From Thermoanaerobaculia bacterium (lineage in GTDB: Bacteria > Acidobacteriota > Thermoanaerobaculia > UBA5066): a stretch of 64,000 bases of DNA. Location of the stretch: NCBI GenBank assembly GCA_038214715.1, contig JBBQRP010000003.1, positions 6,209 through 70,208 on the forward strand, in the 5' to 3' direction. Below the pieces are notes generated by a model. The model was not told the DNA's origin, made no database searches, and worked only from the letters and a program-made list of their open reading frames with translations. Below, piece by piece: positions 40,287 through 50,424 of this stretch (position 1 is the first letter of the stretch; the number at the start of each line of letters is the position of its first letter). The position numbers and the translations under genes are program-made.

Positions 40287-41621
40287 TCATCGAAACTGGG
40301 CGAGAAAGCCCGCCAAAAGGCGGTCCAGCTCCGGATCTTCCTCTCTCAGGGCGGCGATTTTTCGGATGGCGTGGAGGGCGGTCGTGTGGTGCTTGTCGGA
40401 GAAGAGCCGCCCGATCTCAGGGAGTGAAAGGCCGGTCGCTTCCTTGAGGACGTACATCGTCACCTGCCGCGCGTACACGATCGGACCCCTCTTCGTGCGC
40501 GCCCGGAGCTCGGCGGGCTTGAGACCGTAGTGCGCCCCCACGAGCTTGAGGATCTCAGCGGGGGACGTCGCGTGCTCCTCCGCCCGGAAGACGTCCTTCA
40601 ACGCTTCCCGGCCGAGATCGAGGGAGATCGCCTCGCCTTTCAGGGAGGCGAAGGCGACGACCCTGTTGAAATACCCTTCGAGCTCGCGAATGGACGACTT
40701 GATCTTCCCCGCGAGGAAGAAGGCCACGTCGTCCTCGAGGACAACCTGGTTTGCCTCGGCCTTCTGCCTCAGAATCGCGACCTTCGTCTCGAAGTCGGGG
40801 AGCTGGATGTCGACGATGAGCCCGCCCTCGAACCGGCTCTTGAGCCGATCCGTGAGGCCCGGAATCTCGCGGGGGGGGACGTCGGACGAGAAGACGATCT
40901 GGTTGCCCTCGTCGTAGAGCGCGTTGAATGTGTGGAAGAGCTCGTTCTCCGACGCTTCCTTCCCGACGACGAACTGCACGTCGTCGAGGAGCAGGAGGTC
41001 TGCGGCGCGGAATCGCTGGCGAAGGCTCTCCATCTTGTTGAAGCGCACGCCGAGAACGACCTCGTTCACGAAGTTTTCGGAGGTCAGGTAGATGACCTTC
41101 TCGCCGGGCCGGCGGGAGAGGCGGCGGTGTCCGATCGCCTGCATGAGGTGGGTCTTGCCGAGGCCCGTCCCGCCGCAGACGAACAGCGGGTTGTACTGCC
41201 GCGAGGTCTGGTCCGCCACGCGCAGCGCCGCCGCGTGCGCGAGGCGGTTGGACTCGCCCGTCACGAAGTGTTCGAAGGTGTAGGCCGGATTCAGCCCACC
41301 CACGCGCCGCCGGGGCTCGGCGGGCACCTTCTGCGGGTGGATCGCGGAGCGGTATTCGCCGTCGGCGCCGAAACGGATCTCCCGGGTACCGGCTCCCGCG
41401 AGGCGGGCAGCCTCGGCAATCTGGACGGCGTAGGCCTCGGGGATGTAGTCGACGAAAAGCGGCGTTCTCACCTGGACGAAGATGGCCTCCGGTGTCTCCG
41501 ATTTCTGCCGCGAATCGCGGAACCAGGAATCGAACTCACGCTCGTCCACGCGCGTCTTCAGGTGCTCGAGAATCTTCGCCCAGGTCGACGTCTTTTCCAC
41601 AGGATCTCCACCGCTGTGCAT
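40287..41621 (-). CDS. dnaA: Chromosomal replication initiator DnaA
   Basis: AAA+ Walker A GGTGLGKTHL. C-terminal DnaA-box-binding HTH (GRLFSDKHHTTALHAIRKI). ATG at 41621; an alternative GTG at 41600 has a GGAGA SD. Confidence 0.95.
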   Translation of the reverse strand: MHSGGDPVEKTSTWAKILEHLKTRVDEREFDSWFRDSRQKSETPEAIFVQVRTPLFVDYIPEAYAVQIAEAARLAGAGTREIRFGADGEYRSAIHPQKVPAEPRRRVGGLNPAYTFEHFVTGESNRLAHAAALRVADQTSRQYNPLFVCGGTGLGKTHLMQAIGHRRLSRRPGEKVIYLTSENFVNEVVLGVRFNKMESLRQRFRAADLLLLDDVQFVVGKEASENELFHTFNALYDEGNQIVFSSDVPPREIPGLTDRLKSRFEGGLIVDIQLPDFETKVAILRQKAEANQVVLEDDVAFFLAGKIKSSIRELEGYFNRVVAFASLKGEAISLDLGREALKDVFRAEEHATSPAEILKLVGAHYGLKPAELRARTKRGPIVYARQVTMYVLKEATGLSLPEIGRLFSDKHHTTALHAIRKIAALREEDPELDRLLAGFLAQFR

Positions 41622-41708
41622 ATCGGTTTGCGGCGTCGGGGAGGGGGATGGTACCAGCGCCCGGCCGGGCCGGCCAGAGGGAGAAGAGGGAGCGGGAGCA
41701 GCCACGCG

Positions 41709-41745
41709 GTTGACAGGAAGCGCAGGACCCCCGAGAATCCTCGTC
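41709..41745 (+). promoter_or_regulatory. Candidate sigma70-like promoter for rpmH (TTGACA - 17 bp - GAGAAT)
   Basis: TTGACAggaagcgcaggacccccGAGAAT lies about 25 nt upstream of the rpmH ATG. Confidence 0.35.
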
Positions 41746-41767
41746 CCCTTCGGAGGGTTTCTTCACC

Positions 41768-41911
41768 ATGTCCAAGACCAAACGCACCTTTCAGCCCAAC
41801 AACCGTCACCGGAGCAGAACCCACGGGTTCCTGATCCGGATGAGAACCAAGGCGGGCCGCGCCGTCCTGGCCCGGCGGCGGGCGAAAGGGCGCAAGCGCA
41901 TCTCCGCCTGA
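41768..41911 (+). CDS. rpmH: 50S ribosomal protein L34
   Basis: [47 protein letters not shown]. Not in the ORF track because it is only 47 aa. Position upstream of rnpA is canonical. Confidence 0.9.
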   Translation: MSKTKRTFQPNNRHRSRTHGFLIRMRTKAGRAVLARRRAKGRKRISA

Positions 41912-41963
41912 GCGGAGGCGCCACCGGACTGGCCGCCCTCGCCGCGGCCTCCCGGCCGGGTCC

Positions 41964-42371
41964 ATGCACGCACGGGTCAGCACCGCGTCCGCTCCGCCGG
42001 GGGGTGAGGCCCTCCCGCGGGAGCGTCGCATCGGCGCCCGCCGGGATTTCCTCGCGGCTTACGAGAAGGGCGCCAGGCTGCACGGGCGGCTCGTCGTGGT
42101 CTTCGCGCTCCCGCGGCACGAGGGAGGCCTACGGCTCGGCGTCACCGCGACGCGGAAGTCGGGAGGCGCCGTCCTCAGAAACCGCGCGAAGCGGCGCCTG
42201 CGCGAGATCTTCCGGCGCTGGCGCGCGACCGCCGGCGGCCAGGCGATCGACCTCGTGGTGAACGTTTCCGCGCGCGCGACCCGCGCGCCGTTTCGCGTCC
42301 TCGACGCGGAAGTCACGGGCCTCCTTTCGCGAGCGGCCGAAGGCGTCGCGCGAGCGGCCGGCCCGAGATGA
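41964..42371 (+). CDS. rnpA: Ribonuclease P protein component
   Basis: [13 protein letters not shown]...[27 protein letters not shown] motif. The start may be a few codons downstream. Confidence 0.85.
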   Translation: MHARVSTASAPPGGEALPRERRIGARRDFLAAYEKGARLHGRLVVVFALPRHEGGLRLGVTATRKSGGAVLRNRAKRRLREIFRRWRATAGGQAIDLVVNVSARATRAPFRVLDAEVTGLLSRAAEGVARAAGPR

Positions 42372-42604
42372 GCTCGACGCTGGACACTCCGGCGCCCGCC
42401 CGCGTCGTCGCGGGACTTTTCGGCGCCTACAAAAAATTCGTCTCGCCCCTGCTGCCGCCCGCCTGCCGCTTCACGCCCACGTGTTCGGAGTACGCGCGCG
42501 AGGCCGTCACGCGCCACGGCGTTTCACGCGGCCTCGCGCTCGCCGTGCGGCGGCTCGCGCGCTGCCATCCGTTCCATTCGGGCGGCAACGACCCCGTTCC
42601 CTGA
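42368..42604 (+). CDS. yidD: Membrane protein insertion efficiency factor YidD
   Basis: [24 protein letters not shown]...[14 protein letters not shown]. Confidence 0.85.
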   Translation: MSSTLDTPAPARVVAGLFGAYKKFVSPLLPPACRFTPTCSEYAREAVTRHGVSRGLALAVRRLARCHPFHSGGNDPVP

Positions 42605-42621
42605 TCGTCAGAGGAGAGCCC

Positions 42622-44340
42622 TTGGAAACCAAGCGTCTCGTGATCGCCTTCGCCTTGTCGGCCGCCGTCCTGATCGGCTGGACGATCGTTTTCCCGCCCC
42701 CGAAGCAGCCGCAGCCGGTGGTACGACCCGCGGCCGCGGCGGGCACTTCCGCGGGCGCTCCGGCGACGGGTGTGCCCGCCACGGCGGCCACGGCGTCCAC
42801 CGCGCCGGCGGCCTCGAGCGCTTCGCCGGCGTCCGCTCCGAAGAGCGGGACCGCGCCGGCCGCGCCTCGCGTGAACGTGCCGCCGATCGAGGCCGCGACG
42901 GAGACGACGGTCGAAGTGCGGAGCCCGCTCTACACCGCACGCCTCTCGAACGAGGGCGGGGTCCTCAAGTCGTTCGTCCTGACGCAGCATCGCGACGGGG
43001 CGGGGAAGGCCCTCGACCTCGTGCGCCAGGGGGCGCCGTTTCCGGGCGCCACGCTCGCGCTCGATCCCGCGGACGCGTTCCTCGCGCGGGCCGCGAAGGC
43101 ACGGTTCGCCGTCGAAAAGGAGAGCGGGAACGGCGTCACGACCGTCCGCTTCCGGTATCGCGAGGCGAACGGGGACGGGCTGACGCGCGTCTACGTCTTC
43201 CGCGACTCGTACGTCGTCGCCGTGAAAGTCGAGCGCGAAGGCGCTCCCGGCCCCGTCGGCCTCGTCCTCGGACCCGGCCTCGGCAACCCCTCCGCAGGCG
43301 AGCTCGCGAGCCGCTACACGAAGCCCGGCGCGACGATCACGCTGAACGCGTCGTCGTCGGTCGACCGCAAGGCGAAGGACGGGCTCAAGCAAGCGGAAGC
43401 CAGGGGCACGGGGCTCGTCGCCGCGGGCCTCGAGGACAACTACTTCCTCACGGCGTTCCTGCCTTCGGGGAGTGCCGCGGTGACGCTTCGGCCGGTGACG
43501 CTCGGGGGCGGCCAGTCCGCGGAGGGCACGAAAACCGCGGCCCCGGACGCCGAGAGCGAGGTCGTGCTGTCGGGTACGGGCGCGCTCCAGACGGACGTAT
43601 TCCTCGGTCCGAAAGAGCTCGCCGTTCTCGAGAAGACGCGACCCGGGATGGACAAGCTCATCGACTACGGGTGGTACGCGATCCTCGTGAAGCCGCTCCT
43701 GTGGGGACTCAAGGCAATCCACCGGGTCGTCGGGAACTGGGGCGTCGCGATCCTCCTCATCACGGTCGTCATCAAAGTTCTCCTCTACCCGCTCACGCAC
43801 AAGCAGCTCGTCTCGATGAAGAAGATGAGCGTCCTGCAGCCGAAGGTCGAGACGATCCGCGCGAAGTGGTCCGGGAAGATCAAGCAGGACGCTTCGGCGC
43901 GCGTGAAGATGAACGAGGAGATGATGGCGCTCTACAAGCAGGAGGGCGTCAACCCGGCGGGCGGCTGCCTGCCGCTCCTCCTGCAGATGCCCATCCTCGT
44001 GGCGTTCTACAACCTCCTCGCGCACTCGATCGAGCTTCGCCACGCGCCGTTCATGCTCTGGATCACGGACCTTTCCGCGAAGGACCCGTACTACGTCACC
44101 CCGATCCTCATGACCGCCACGATGTGGCTCCAGCAGCAGATGACGCCGACGGGCGGAGACCCCGCGATGCGAAAAGTCCAGAACGTCATGCCGCTCGTGA
44201 TGGGGTTCCTCTTCAAGGACGTCCCGTCGGGCCTCGTCCTCTACTGGCTCATGCAGAACATCCTCACGATCGGCCAGCAGCTGCTCCTCAACAGGTTCAC
44301 GGACCTCGGCCCCGCCTCGATGAAGCCGAAGGCCGCCTGA
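42622..44340 (+). CDS. yidC: Membrane protein insertase YidC
   Basis: TTG start (METKRLV) is preceded by GAGGAG. N-terminal TM segment, periplasmic domain, C-terminal 60Kd_IMP core (GGCLPLLLQMPIL, LYWLMQNILTIGQQ). Confidence 0.9.
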   Translation: METKRLVIAFALSAAVLIGWTIVFPPPKQPQPVVRPAAAAGTSAGAPATGVPATAATASTAPAASSASPASAPKSGTAPAAPRVNVPPIEAATETTVEVRSPLYTARLSNEGGVLKSFVLTQHRDGAGKALDLVRQGAPFPGATLALDPADAFLARAAKARFAVEKESGNGVTTVRFRYREANGDGLTRVYVFRDSYVVAVKVEREGAPGPVGLVLGPGLGNPSAGELASRYTKPGATITLNASSSVDRKAKDGLKQAEARGTGLVAAGLEDNYFLTAFLPSGSAAVTLRPVTLGGGQSAEGTKTAAPDAESEVVLSGTGALQTDVFLGPKELAVLEKTRPGMDKLIDYGWYAILVKPLLWGLKAIHRVVGNWGVAILLITVVIKVLLYPLTHKQLVSMKKMSVLQPKVETIRAKWSGKIKQDASARVKMNEEMMALYKQEGVNPAGGCLPLLLQMPILVAFYNLLAHSIELRHAPFMLWITDLSAKDPYYVTPILMTATMWLQQQMTPTGGDPAMRKVQNVMPLVMGFLFKDVPSGLVLYWLMQNILTIGQQLLLNRFTDLGPASMKPKAA

Positions 44341-44365
44341 ACCCGGGCGGGGACGGGTCTCCCCT

Positions 44366-45754
44366 GTGGCGCGCCTCGTGGCGGATCCCGACCGCGGGGG
44401 AGACGTGGTCGTCGCCCCCGCGACGCCCCCGGGAGCTTCCGCGCTCGCGATCGTGAGGCTGACCGGGCCCTCGGGCGAGACGAGAAAAGTCGCGCGGCGG
44501 ATTGCGCGGCAGCTTCCTCAGAACCCGCGTCCGCGCGAGGCGGTGCTCCACATCCTCGTCGGAGAAGACGGGCGGCCTCTGGATCGCGCGCTCGTGCTTT
44601 TTTTCGAGGCGCCGCACTCCGCGACCGGCGAGGAGGTCGTCGAGTTTTTCTGTCACGGATCCCCCGCTATCGTCGCGGGCCTGCTCGCCGCGGCGCGCGC
44701 CGCGGGCGCGCGGCCGGCCGTGCGGGGTGAGTTCACGCGGCGTGCGCTCGCGAACGGGAAGGTGGACCTCGCGGAAGCCGAGGGGATCGCGGCCCTCGCG
44801 GCGGCGGAGAGCCGGGGCGAGGCCCGCCGCGCGCTCTCGCTCGTCGACGGGGTGCTGTCCCGACGTGTCTGCGCGGTGCGCGAGGCGGTTCTCGACGCCC
44901 TTGCCGCACTCGAGGCCGGACTCGACTTCGCCGAGGACGTGCCCGCCGGGGACCTCGCCGCGGCACGGGAGGCGCTCCTCGCGGCCGCGGAGGAATCGGA
45001 GAGTCTCGCGGCGGTGGCGGCGCGCGGCGGAGAGCGCGACAGGCGGAAGACGGCCGTGATTCTCGGGAAGCCGAACGCCGGGAAGTCCACGCTCTTCAAC
45101 GCGCTCGTCGGGCGGGACCGCGCCATCGTGACGGCGGTTCCGGGGACTACGCGCGACGCGATCGAAGAGACGTGCGCGCTCGGCGACGAGACCGTTCGGC
45201 TCGTCGACACGGCGGGTCTCCGCGCGACCGGGGACGAAGTCGAGAGGATCGGCGTCGCGGTCGCCGAAAGAGCGGGCGCGAGCGCCGACCTCGTCCTCTA
45301 CGCGATCGACACCGCGCGAGGGACGTCCGAAGAGGACAGGGAATTTCTGAGAAAGGGAAGAGGGGCGGGGATTCTCGTCGTGAAGACAAAGGGTGATCTC
45401 GTTGGCGCCCAGGCCGCGTCGCCCGCGGCTGCCGAAGCGTCGCCTCCCATGGAACTCTCCGTGTCCGCCCTCACCGGCGCCGGACTCGAGGCGCTGCGTG
45501 CGGAGATGGCGTTGCGTCTCTCGCCGGTCGAGGCCGACGGCGCGTTTCTCGTTCTCGAGCGGCACCGCGCGGCGCTGGCCGACGGCGCGGCGCGTCTTCG
45601 CGAGGCGGCCGACCTCGCCGGCGCGCCGGGAGAGCCCGAGCTCGTCGCCGCGCGCGTGCGCGAGGCGCTGACCGCGCTCTCGGCGATCACGGGCGAGACG
45701 GCGACCGAGGACCTTCTCGACCGCATCTTTTCCACGTTCTGCATAGGCAAGTAG
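44366..45754 (+). CDS. mnmE: tRNA modification GTPase MnmE
   Basis: G domain GKPNAGKSTLFNAL, DTAGLR and C-terminal CIGK. Confidence 0.95.
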   Translation: MARLVADPDRGGDVVVAPATPPGASALAIVRLTGPSGETRKVARRIARQLPQNPRPREAVLHILVGEDGRPLDRALVLFFEAPHSATGEEVVEFFCHGSPAIVAGLLAAARAAGARPAVRGEFTRRALANGKVDLAEAEGIAALAAAESRGEARRALSLVDGVLSRRVCAVREAVLDALAALEAGLDFAEDVPAGDLAAAREALLAAAEESESLAAVAARGGERDRRKTAVILGKPNAGKSTLFNALVGRDRAIVTAVPGTTRDAIEETCALGDETVRLVDTAGLRATGDEVERIGVAVAERAGASADLVLYAIDTARGTSEEDREFLRKGRGAGILVVKTKGDLVGAQAASPAAAEASPPMELSVSALTGAGLEALRAEMALRLSPVEADGAFLVLERHRAALADGAARLREAADLAGAPGEPELVAARVREALTALSAITGETATEDLLDRIFSTFCIGK

Positions 45755-45755
45755 A

Positions 45756-47684
45756 GTGGCGGGGATGGAACCGCGCTGGGACGTCGTCGTCGTGGGAGGC
45801 GGGCACGCCGGCGCCGAGGCCGCGCTCTCGTCCGCGCGGCTCGGGAAGAGAACGCTGCTCCTGACGCGCGACCGCGCGACGGTGGGACGTATGAGCTGCA
45901 ACCCGGCGATCGGCGGCCTCGCGAAGGGCCAGGTCGTGCGCGAGATCGACGCGCTCGGCGGCGCGATGGCCCTCGCGGCCGACCGCACGGCGATCCAGTT
46001 CAAGGTCCTGAACGGTTCGCGCGGAAGCGCCGTGCGCGGCCCGAGGTGCCAATCTGACAAAGCACTTTATGCCGCAGAGGTCTCGCGCACGCTCGACGCG
46101 ACGGAGAGGGTGACGGTCGCCGAGGGTACGGCCGCGGGGTTTCTCGTGCGGAGCGGGCGGCTCGCGGGGCTCACGCTGGAGGACGGCTCGACGGTCTCCT
46201 GCGGCGCCGCCGTCGTGACGACGGGGACGTTTCTGCGCGGGCTCGTGCACGTCGGGGACTCGCGCCGGGACGCCGGCCGCTGGAACGAGGCGCCGGCCCT
46301 CGCGCTGTCGCACGCCCTCGAGGGGCTGGGCCTCCGGCTCGGGCGCATGAAGACGGGTACGCCCCCGCGGGTCCGCGCGGGCACGGTGGACTTCGCGAAG
46401 ATGGCTCTCGCGCCCGGCGACGAACGGCCCGTCGCGTTCTCGTTCCGGTCGCGCGGCGAGGACTTTCCCCGCCAGCGGCAGGTGGACTGCTGGCTCACGC
46501 ACACGGACGAGGCGGTCCACGACCTGATCCGCGAGAGCCTTCCTCTCTCGCCCCTCTACTCGGGGAGGATCACGGGACGCGGCCCGCGCTACTGCCCGTC
46601 GATCGAGGACAAGGTGGTCCGTTTCAAGGACCGGCCGCGCCACCAGATCTTCGTCGAGCCCGAGGGATTGACGACGGACTGGCTGTACCTCAACGGCCTC
46701 TCGATGTCGCTGCCGGAGAGTATCCAGGAGGCGATCGTGAGGAGGATCCGCGGACTCGAGCGCGCGGAAATCCTGAGGCCCGCCTACGCCGTGGAATACG
46801 ACATGGTCTTCCCGGAGCAGCTCGACGCGTCGCTCGAGACGCGGGCGCTCAAGGGACTTTTTCTTGCGGGGCAGATCAACGGCACGTCCGGCTACGAGGA
46901 AGCCGCGGGGCAGGGTCTCGTCGCGGGCGCGAATGCGGCACGGTCCGTCGACGGAAAGGCGCCGCTGCGCCTCGGGCGACACGAGGCGTACATCGGCGTC
47001 ATGCTCGACGACCTCGTGACGCTCGGCCTCGACGAGCCCTATCGCCTGCTGACCTCCCGCGCCGAGCACCGGCTCCTCCTCGGCGCCGACAGCGCGTACG
47101 CGCGGCTCACGGGGATCGCGCTCGAAACGGGACTCGTGGAAGAGCGGGACGCCGCCCCGATCCTCGAGGCCGAGGCGCGAGTCTCGCGCGCGGGGGCCGC
47201 CCTGGCCGCGGCGCGCGTCCTTCCCGACCGCGCGACGAAGGCGCAGCTCGAGGAGCACGGGGTGGGCCTCGTGGAGGAAACCACGCTCGCGGGTCTTCTG
47301 CGGCGGCCCGAAATCGCGTTCGAGACTATCGAGACGCTTCTGGAGGGGAGGCTCGACGCCGAGTCCGCGGAAGACGTTGCGATGCTCAGCGCCGAGGAGC
47401 GGGAGCGTCTCGTCTCGGACGTCCGGTACCAGGGCTTCATCGCGAGAGAAAAGGATGCCGTGGCTCGCGTCGCAAGGTCGTTCGAGCGCACCTTTCCGGA
47501 GGGTTTCGTCTTCGCGGGGCTCCCGGGTCTCTCCAGAGAAGCGGTCGAGAGACTCGAGCGGCACCGCCCGCGGACGCTCGGCCAGGCCTCGCGGCTCCCG
47601 GGCGTCACGCCCGCCGCCGTCACGCTTCTCCTCGCGCGCCTCGTCGCGGCCGCACGCGGATCGGGCCGCGGGGTCGCCGCGTGA
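45756..47684 (+). CDS. mnmG: tRNA uridine 5-carboxymethylaminomethyl modification enzyme MnmG (GidA)
   Basis: FAD-binding VVVVGGGHAGAEAA. Full-length GidA similarity. Confidence 0.95.
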   Translation: MAGMEPRWDVVVVGGGHAGAEAALSSARLGKRTLLLTRDRATVGRMSCNPAIGGLAKGQVVREIDALGGAMALAADRTAIQFKVLNGSRGSAVRGPRCQSDKALYAAEVSRTLDATERVTVAEGTAAGFLVRSGRLAGLTLEDGSTVSCGAAVVTTGTFLRGLVHVGDSRRDAGRWNEAPALALSHALEGLGLRLGRMKTGTPPRVRAGTVDFAKMALAPGDERPVAFSFRSRGEDFPRQRQVDCWLTHTDEAVHDLIRESLPLSPLYSGRITGRGPRYCPSIEDKVVRFKDRPRHQIFVEPEGLTTDWLYLNGLSMSLPESIQEAIVRRIRGLERAEILRPAYAVEYDMVFPEQLDASLETRALKGLFLAGQINGTSGYEEAAGQGLVAGANAARSVDGKAPLRLGRHEAYIGVMLDDLVTLGLDEPYRLLTSRAEHRLLLGADSAYARLTGIALETGLVEERDAAPILEAEARVSRAGAALAAARVLPDRATKAQLEEHGVGLVEETTLAGLLRRPEIAFETIETLLEGRLDAESAEDVAMLSAEERERLVSDVRYQGFIAREKDAVARVARSFERTFPEGFVFAGLPGLSREAVERLERHRPRTLGQASRLPGVTPAAVTLLLARLVAAARGSGRGVAA

Positions 47685-48346
47685 GCGGTCCGGCGCGGCT
47701 CCTCGAGGAGGAAGTGCGCGGCCTCCTCTTTCGCGTTCCCGCTGGGGAGCGCGGGAGGGTGGAGTCGGCCGCCGCGAGGCTCGCGGCGTTCCTCGCGATC
47801 CTCCTCGAGAAGAATGCCGAGATGAATCTCGTGTCGACGCGCTCCGCGGACCCTCGTGTCCTCGTTGAATCGCATCTCCTCGACTCCCTGCTGGGTCTCT
47901 CCCTCCTGCCCCCGCCGCGCGGAAGCGCGATCCGCCTCCTCGACGTCGGCTCGGGCGGGGGCTTCCCCGCGATTCCGCTCCTTCTCGTACGGCCCGATCT
48001 CGAGGGCACGCTCGTGGAGTCCTCGCGCAAGAAGGCGGCCTACCTCGAGGACGTGATCGTGCGCCTCGCGTTGACCGCGCGCACGGTGAACGCTAGATTC
48101 CCCGACTCCTTCCCGATGCGTGGAGCCACGCGGTACGACGTGTTGACGACCCGCGCCGTGGGCTCGGCCGGGGCCCTCGTGCGCGCCGCCCGGCCCGTGC
48201 TCGCGCCCGGCGCGCGCGCTCTCCTCTGGACGACGCGGCCGCTCGCGGGAGATGCGGTGGCAAAAAGCCGAGCAGGGGGGCACGTGTTCCACCCGAGCCC
48301 CGGAGCCGAGGTCCGCGGCGTCCTTTCCCTCGAGTGTTCCACGTGA
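47681..48346 (+). CDS. rsmG: 16S rRNA (guanine527-N7)-methyltransferase RsmG (GidB)
   Basis: GTGA overlap with mnmG. LLDVGSGGGFPAIPL SAM motif. Confidence 0.9.
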   Translation: MSGPARLLEEEVRGLLFRVPAGERGRVESAAARLAAFLAILLEKNAEMNLVSTRSADPRVLVESHLLDSLLGLSLLPPPRGSAIRLLDVGSGGGFPAIPLLLVRPDLEGTLVESSRKKAAYLEDVIVRLALTARTVNARFPDSFPMRGATRYDVLTTRAVGSAGALVRAARPVLAPGARALLWTTRPLAGDAVAKSRAGGHVFHPSPGAEVRGVLSLECST

Positions 48347-49125
48347 AACATTCCGGAAAGCCCGCGCGCGTCCTCGCGATCGCGAACCAGAAGGGCGGAG
48401 TTGGAAAGACGACGACGGCGATCAGCCTCGCGGCCGCGCTCGCCGTCCTCGAGCGTCCGGTCCTGCTCGTGGATTTCGATCCGCAGGGAAACGCGACCTC
48501 CGGGCTCGGCGTCGACAAGGCCGCGCTGTCCGCCACCGTGTACGACTGGATCGGCGGAGGTGCTGCGTTCGACGACGTTGCCCGCGGCACCGATCTTCCG
48601 CACCTGACGCTTGCGCCGGCGAACCGGGAGCTCGTCGGCGCGGAAGTCGAGCTCGTGAACCAGGACCGGCGCGAACACCGGCTCGCGGAGAAAATCGCGC
48701 CGCTCCGGGATCGATTCGAGTACATCCTCATCGACTGCCCGCCCTCGCTGTCCCTGCTGACCGTGAACGCGCTCGTCGCCGCGGACGGCGTTCTCGTCCC
48801 GATCCAGTGCGAGTACTTCGCGCTCGAGGGCGTGACCGAGCTTCTCGCGACGATCGAGCGCGTGAAAGAGAGCCTGAACCCCGGCCTTGCCCTCGCCGGC
48901 GTCGTCGCCACGATGTGGGACGAGAGGACGAACCTGTCGCGGCAGGTTCTCGAGGAGATCCGGAAGCATTTCGGGAAGGTGGTCTTCGGGAACGTCGTAC
49001 CGCGAAGCGTGCGGCTCGGCGAGGCGCCTTCCTTCGGCAAGCCCATCCTTCTCTACGACGTCAAATCGAAGGGAGCGGAGGCGTACCTCGGCATCGCGCG
49101 GGAGCTTCTCCGGCGCGACGCCTGA
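48334..49125 (+). CDS. parA: Chromosome partitioning ATPase ParA (Soj)
   Basis: Deviant Walker A ANQKGGVGKTTT. Full-length ParA similarity. Confidence 0.9.
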   Translation: MFHVKHSGKPARVLAIANQKGGVGKTTTAISLAAALAVLERPVLLVDFDPQGNATSGLGVDKAALSATVYDWIGGGAAFDDVARGTDLPHLTLAPANRELVGAEVELVNQDRREHRLAEKIAPLRDRFEYILIDCPPSLSLLTVNALVAADGVLVPIQCEYFALEGVTELLATIERVKESLNPGLALAGVVATMWDERTNLSRQVLEEIRKHFGKVVFGNVVPRSVRLGEAPSFGKPILLYDVKSKGAEAYLGIARELLRRDA

Positions 49126-49183
49126 GACGGCGGCCGCCACCCGTCCGACGGCGCTTGCCGGGACGGCTGCTAGGATCGTCACG

Positions 49184-50050
49184 GTGACGGCGACGCGAAA
49201 AACCGCTCTCGGGAAGGGACTCTCGGCGCTCATTCCTTCTGCGCGGGCGGAAGGCGCGGGCCCGGGCACGAGGACGGTGAGCCTCGACCTGCTCGACGCG
49301 AACAAGAGACAGCCGCGCCGCCGATTCGAGGACGCGGGCCTCGAGGAGCTCTCGAAGTCGATCCGCCGGACGGGGATCCTCCAGCCGGTTCTCGTCACGA
49401 ACGAAGGCGGACGCTTTCGCATCGTGGCGGGGGAGCGCCGCGTCCGGGCGGCGCGCCTCGCGGGCCTCTCGGAAGTTCCCGTCATCGTGCGTGAGGGCGT
49501 TACGGACCGCGACCAGCTCCTCTTCGCGCTCGTCGAGAACGTGCAGAGACAGGATCTGACGGCGCTCGAAGAGGCGGAGGCGTACCGCCACCTGAAGGAC
49601 GACTTCTCCCTGACGCAGGAGGACGTCGCCGAGCGTGTCGGCAAGGATCGCACGACGGTCGCGAACGCGCTCCGGCTTCTCAAGCTCCCCGCCGCGGTTC
49701 GGGCCGCGCTCGAGGAAGGCGCGCTCACGGCGGGACATGCGCGCGCCCTGCTTGCGCTGCCGTCCGCGGGGGACCAGGAACAGCTCGCGAAAGAAGTCGT
49801 GCGGCGAGGGCTCTCGGTGAGGGCCACCGAGGCGCGCGTTCTCGACTTTCAGAAGGGGTCCGCGAAGAGAAAAAAGAAGACCCGTTCGATCGACGCCGAC
49901 ACACGCGACGCGGAGCTCCGTCTCGCGCGCGCGCTCGGCACGCGCGTCGAGATCGTGCGGAAGCGGCGGGGCGGCGAGGTGCGGATCGCGTTCTTCTCGG
50001 AGGACGAGCTGATCGGCCTCTTCGAGAGGCTTTCGGGGGGCGCGGGATGA
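49184..50050 (+). CDS. parB: Chromosome partitioning protein ParB (Spo0J)
   Basis: GTG start (MTATRKTALGKGLSALIP) is preceded by AGGA. ParB box GERRVRAARLAG and HTH region. The upstream 99 codons of the track ORF were rejected. Confidence 0.85.
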   Translation: MTATRKTALGKGLSALIPSARAEGAGPGTRTVSLDLLDANKRQPRRRFEDAGLEELSKSIRRTGILQPVLVTNEGGRFRIVAGERRVRAARLAGLSEVPVIVREGVTDRDQLLFALVENVQRQDLTALEEAEAYRHLKDDFSLTQEDVAERVGKDRTTVANALRLLKLPAAVRAALEEGALTAGHARALLALPSAGDQEQLAKEVVRRGLSVRATEARVLDFQKGSAKRKKKTRSIDADTRDAELRLARALGTRVEIVRKRRGGEVRIAFFSEDELIGLFERLSGGAG

Positions 50051-50424
50051 GCGACCGGAAAGGCAGCGGAGCGCTGAACGGGTTCCTCGATCGCGGCGCG
50101 AGGCTCGAGGGCACGCTTTCCTTCGACGACGTCTTCCGGATCGACGGGCACTTCAAGGGCACGGTCACGGCGGATGCGGAGCTCGTGGTCGGGGATGGCG
50201 GCGTCGTCGAGGGCGAGGTCCGCGTGTCGCGCCTCGCGGTCTCGGGCACGATCAAGGGAAGCATTTTCGCGAAGGAGCGCGTCGAGCTGCACGCGGGGGC
50301 CCGCGTCTTCGCCGACGTCCACACTCCGACGCTCGTCGTCGAGGAGGGCGCGGTCATTCAGGGGCCCGTCGACAGCGGTCCGCCGCGGCCCCCCGAGACC
50401 GCGGTGCGCCCCTCGTCTTCATGA
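50047..50424 (+). CDS. Bactofilin (DUF583 polymer-forming cytoskeletal protein)
   Basis: ATGA overlap with the parB stop. Repetitive beta-helix pattern (GHFKGTVTADAELVVGDGGVVEGEVRVSRLAVSGTIKGSIFAKERVELHAGARV). Confidence 0.8.
   Translation: MSDRKGSGALNGFLDRGARLEGTLSFDDVFRIDGHFKGTVTADAELVVGDGGVVEGEVRVSRLAVSGTIKGSIFAKERVELHAGARVFADVHTPTLVVEEGAVIQGPVDSGPPRPPETAVRPSSS

Noticed and set aside
41622-41767. dnaA-rpmH gap as the origin
   Set aside because: It is GC-rich with no AT-rich unwinding element. It looks like the rpmH promoter region, so the dnaA-dnaN gap is the better oriC candidate.
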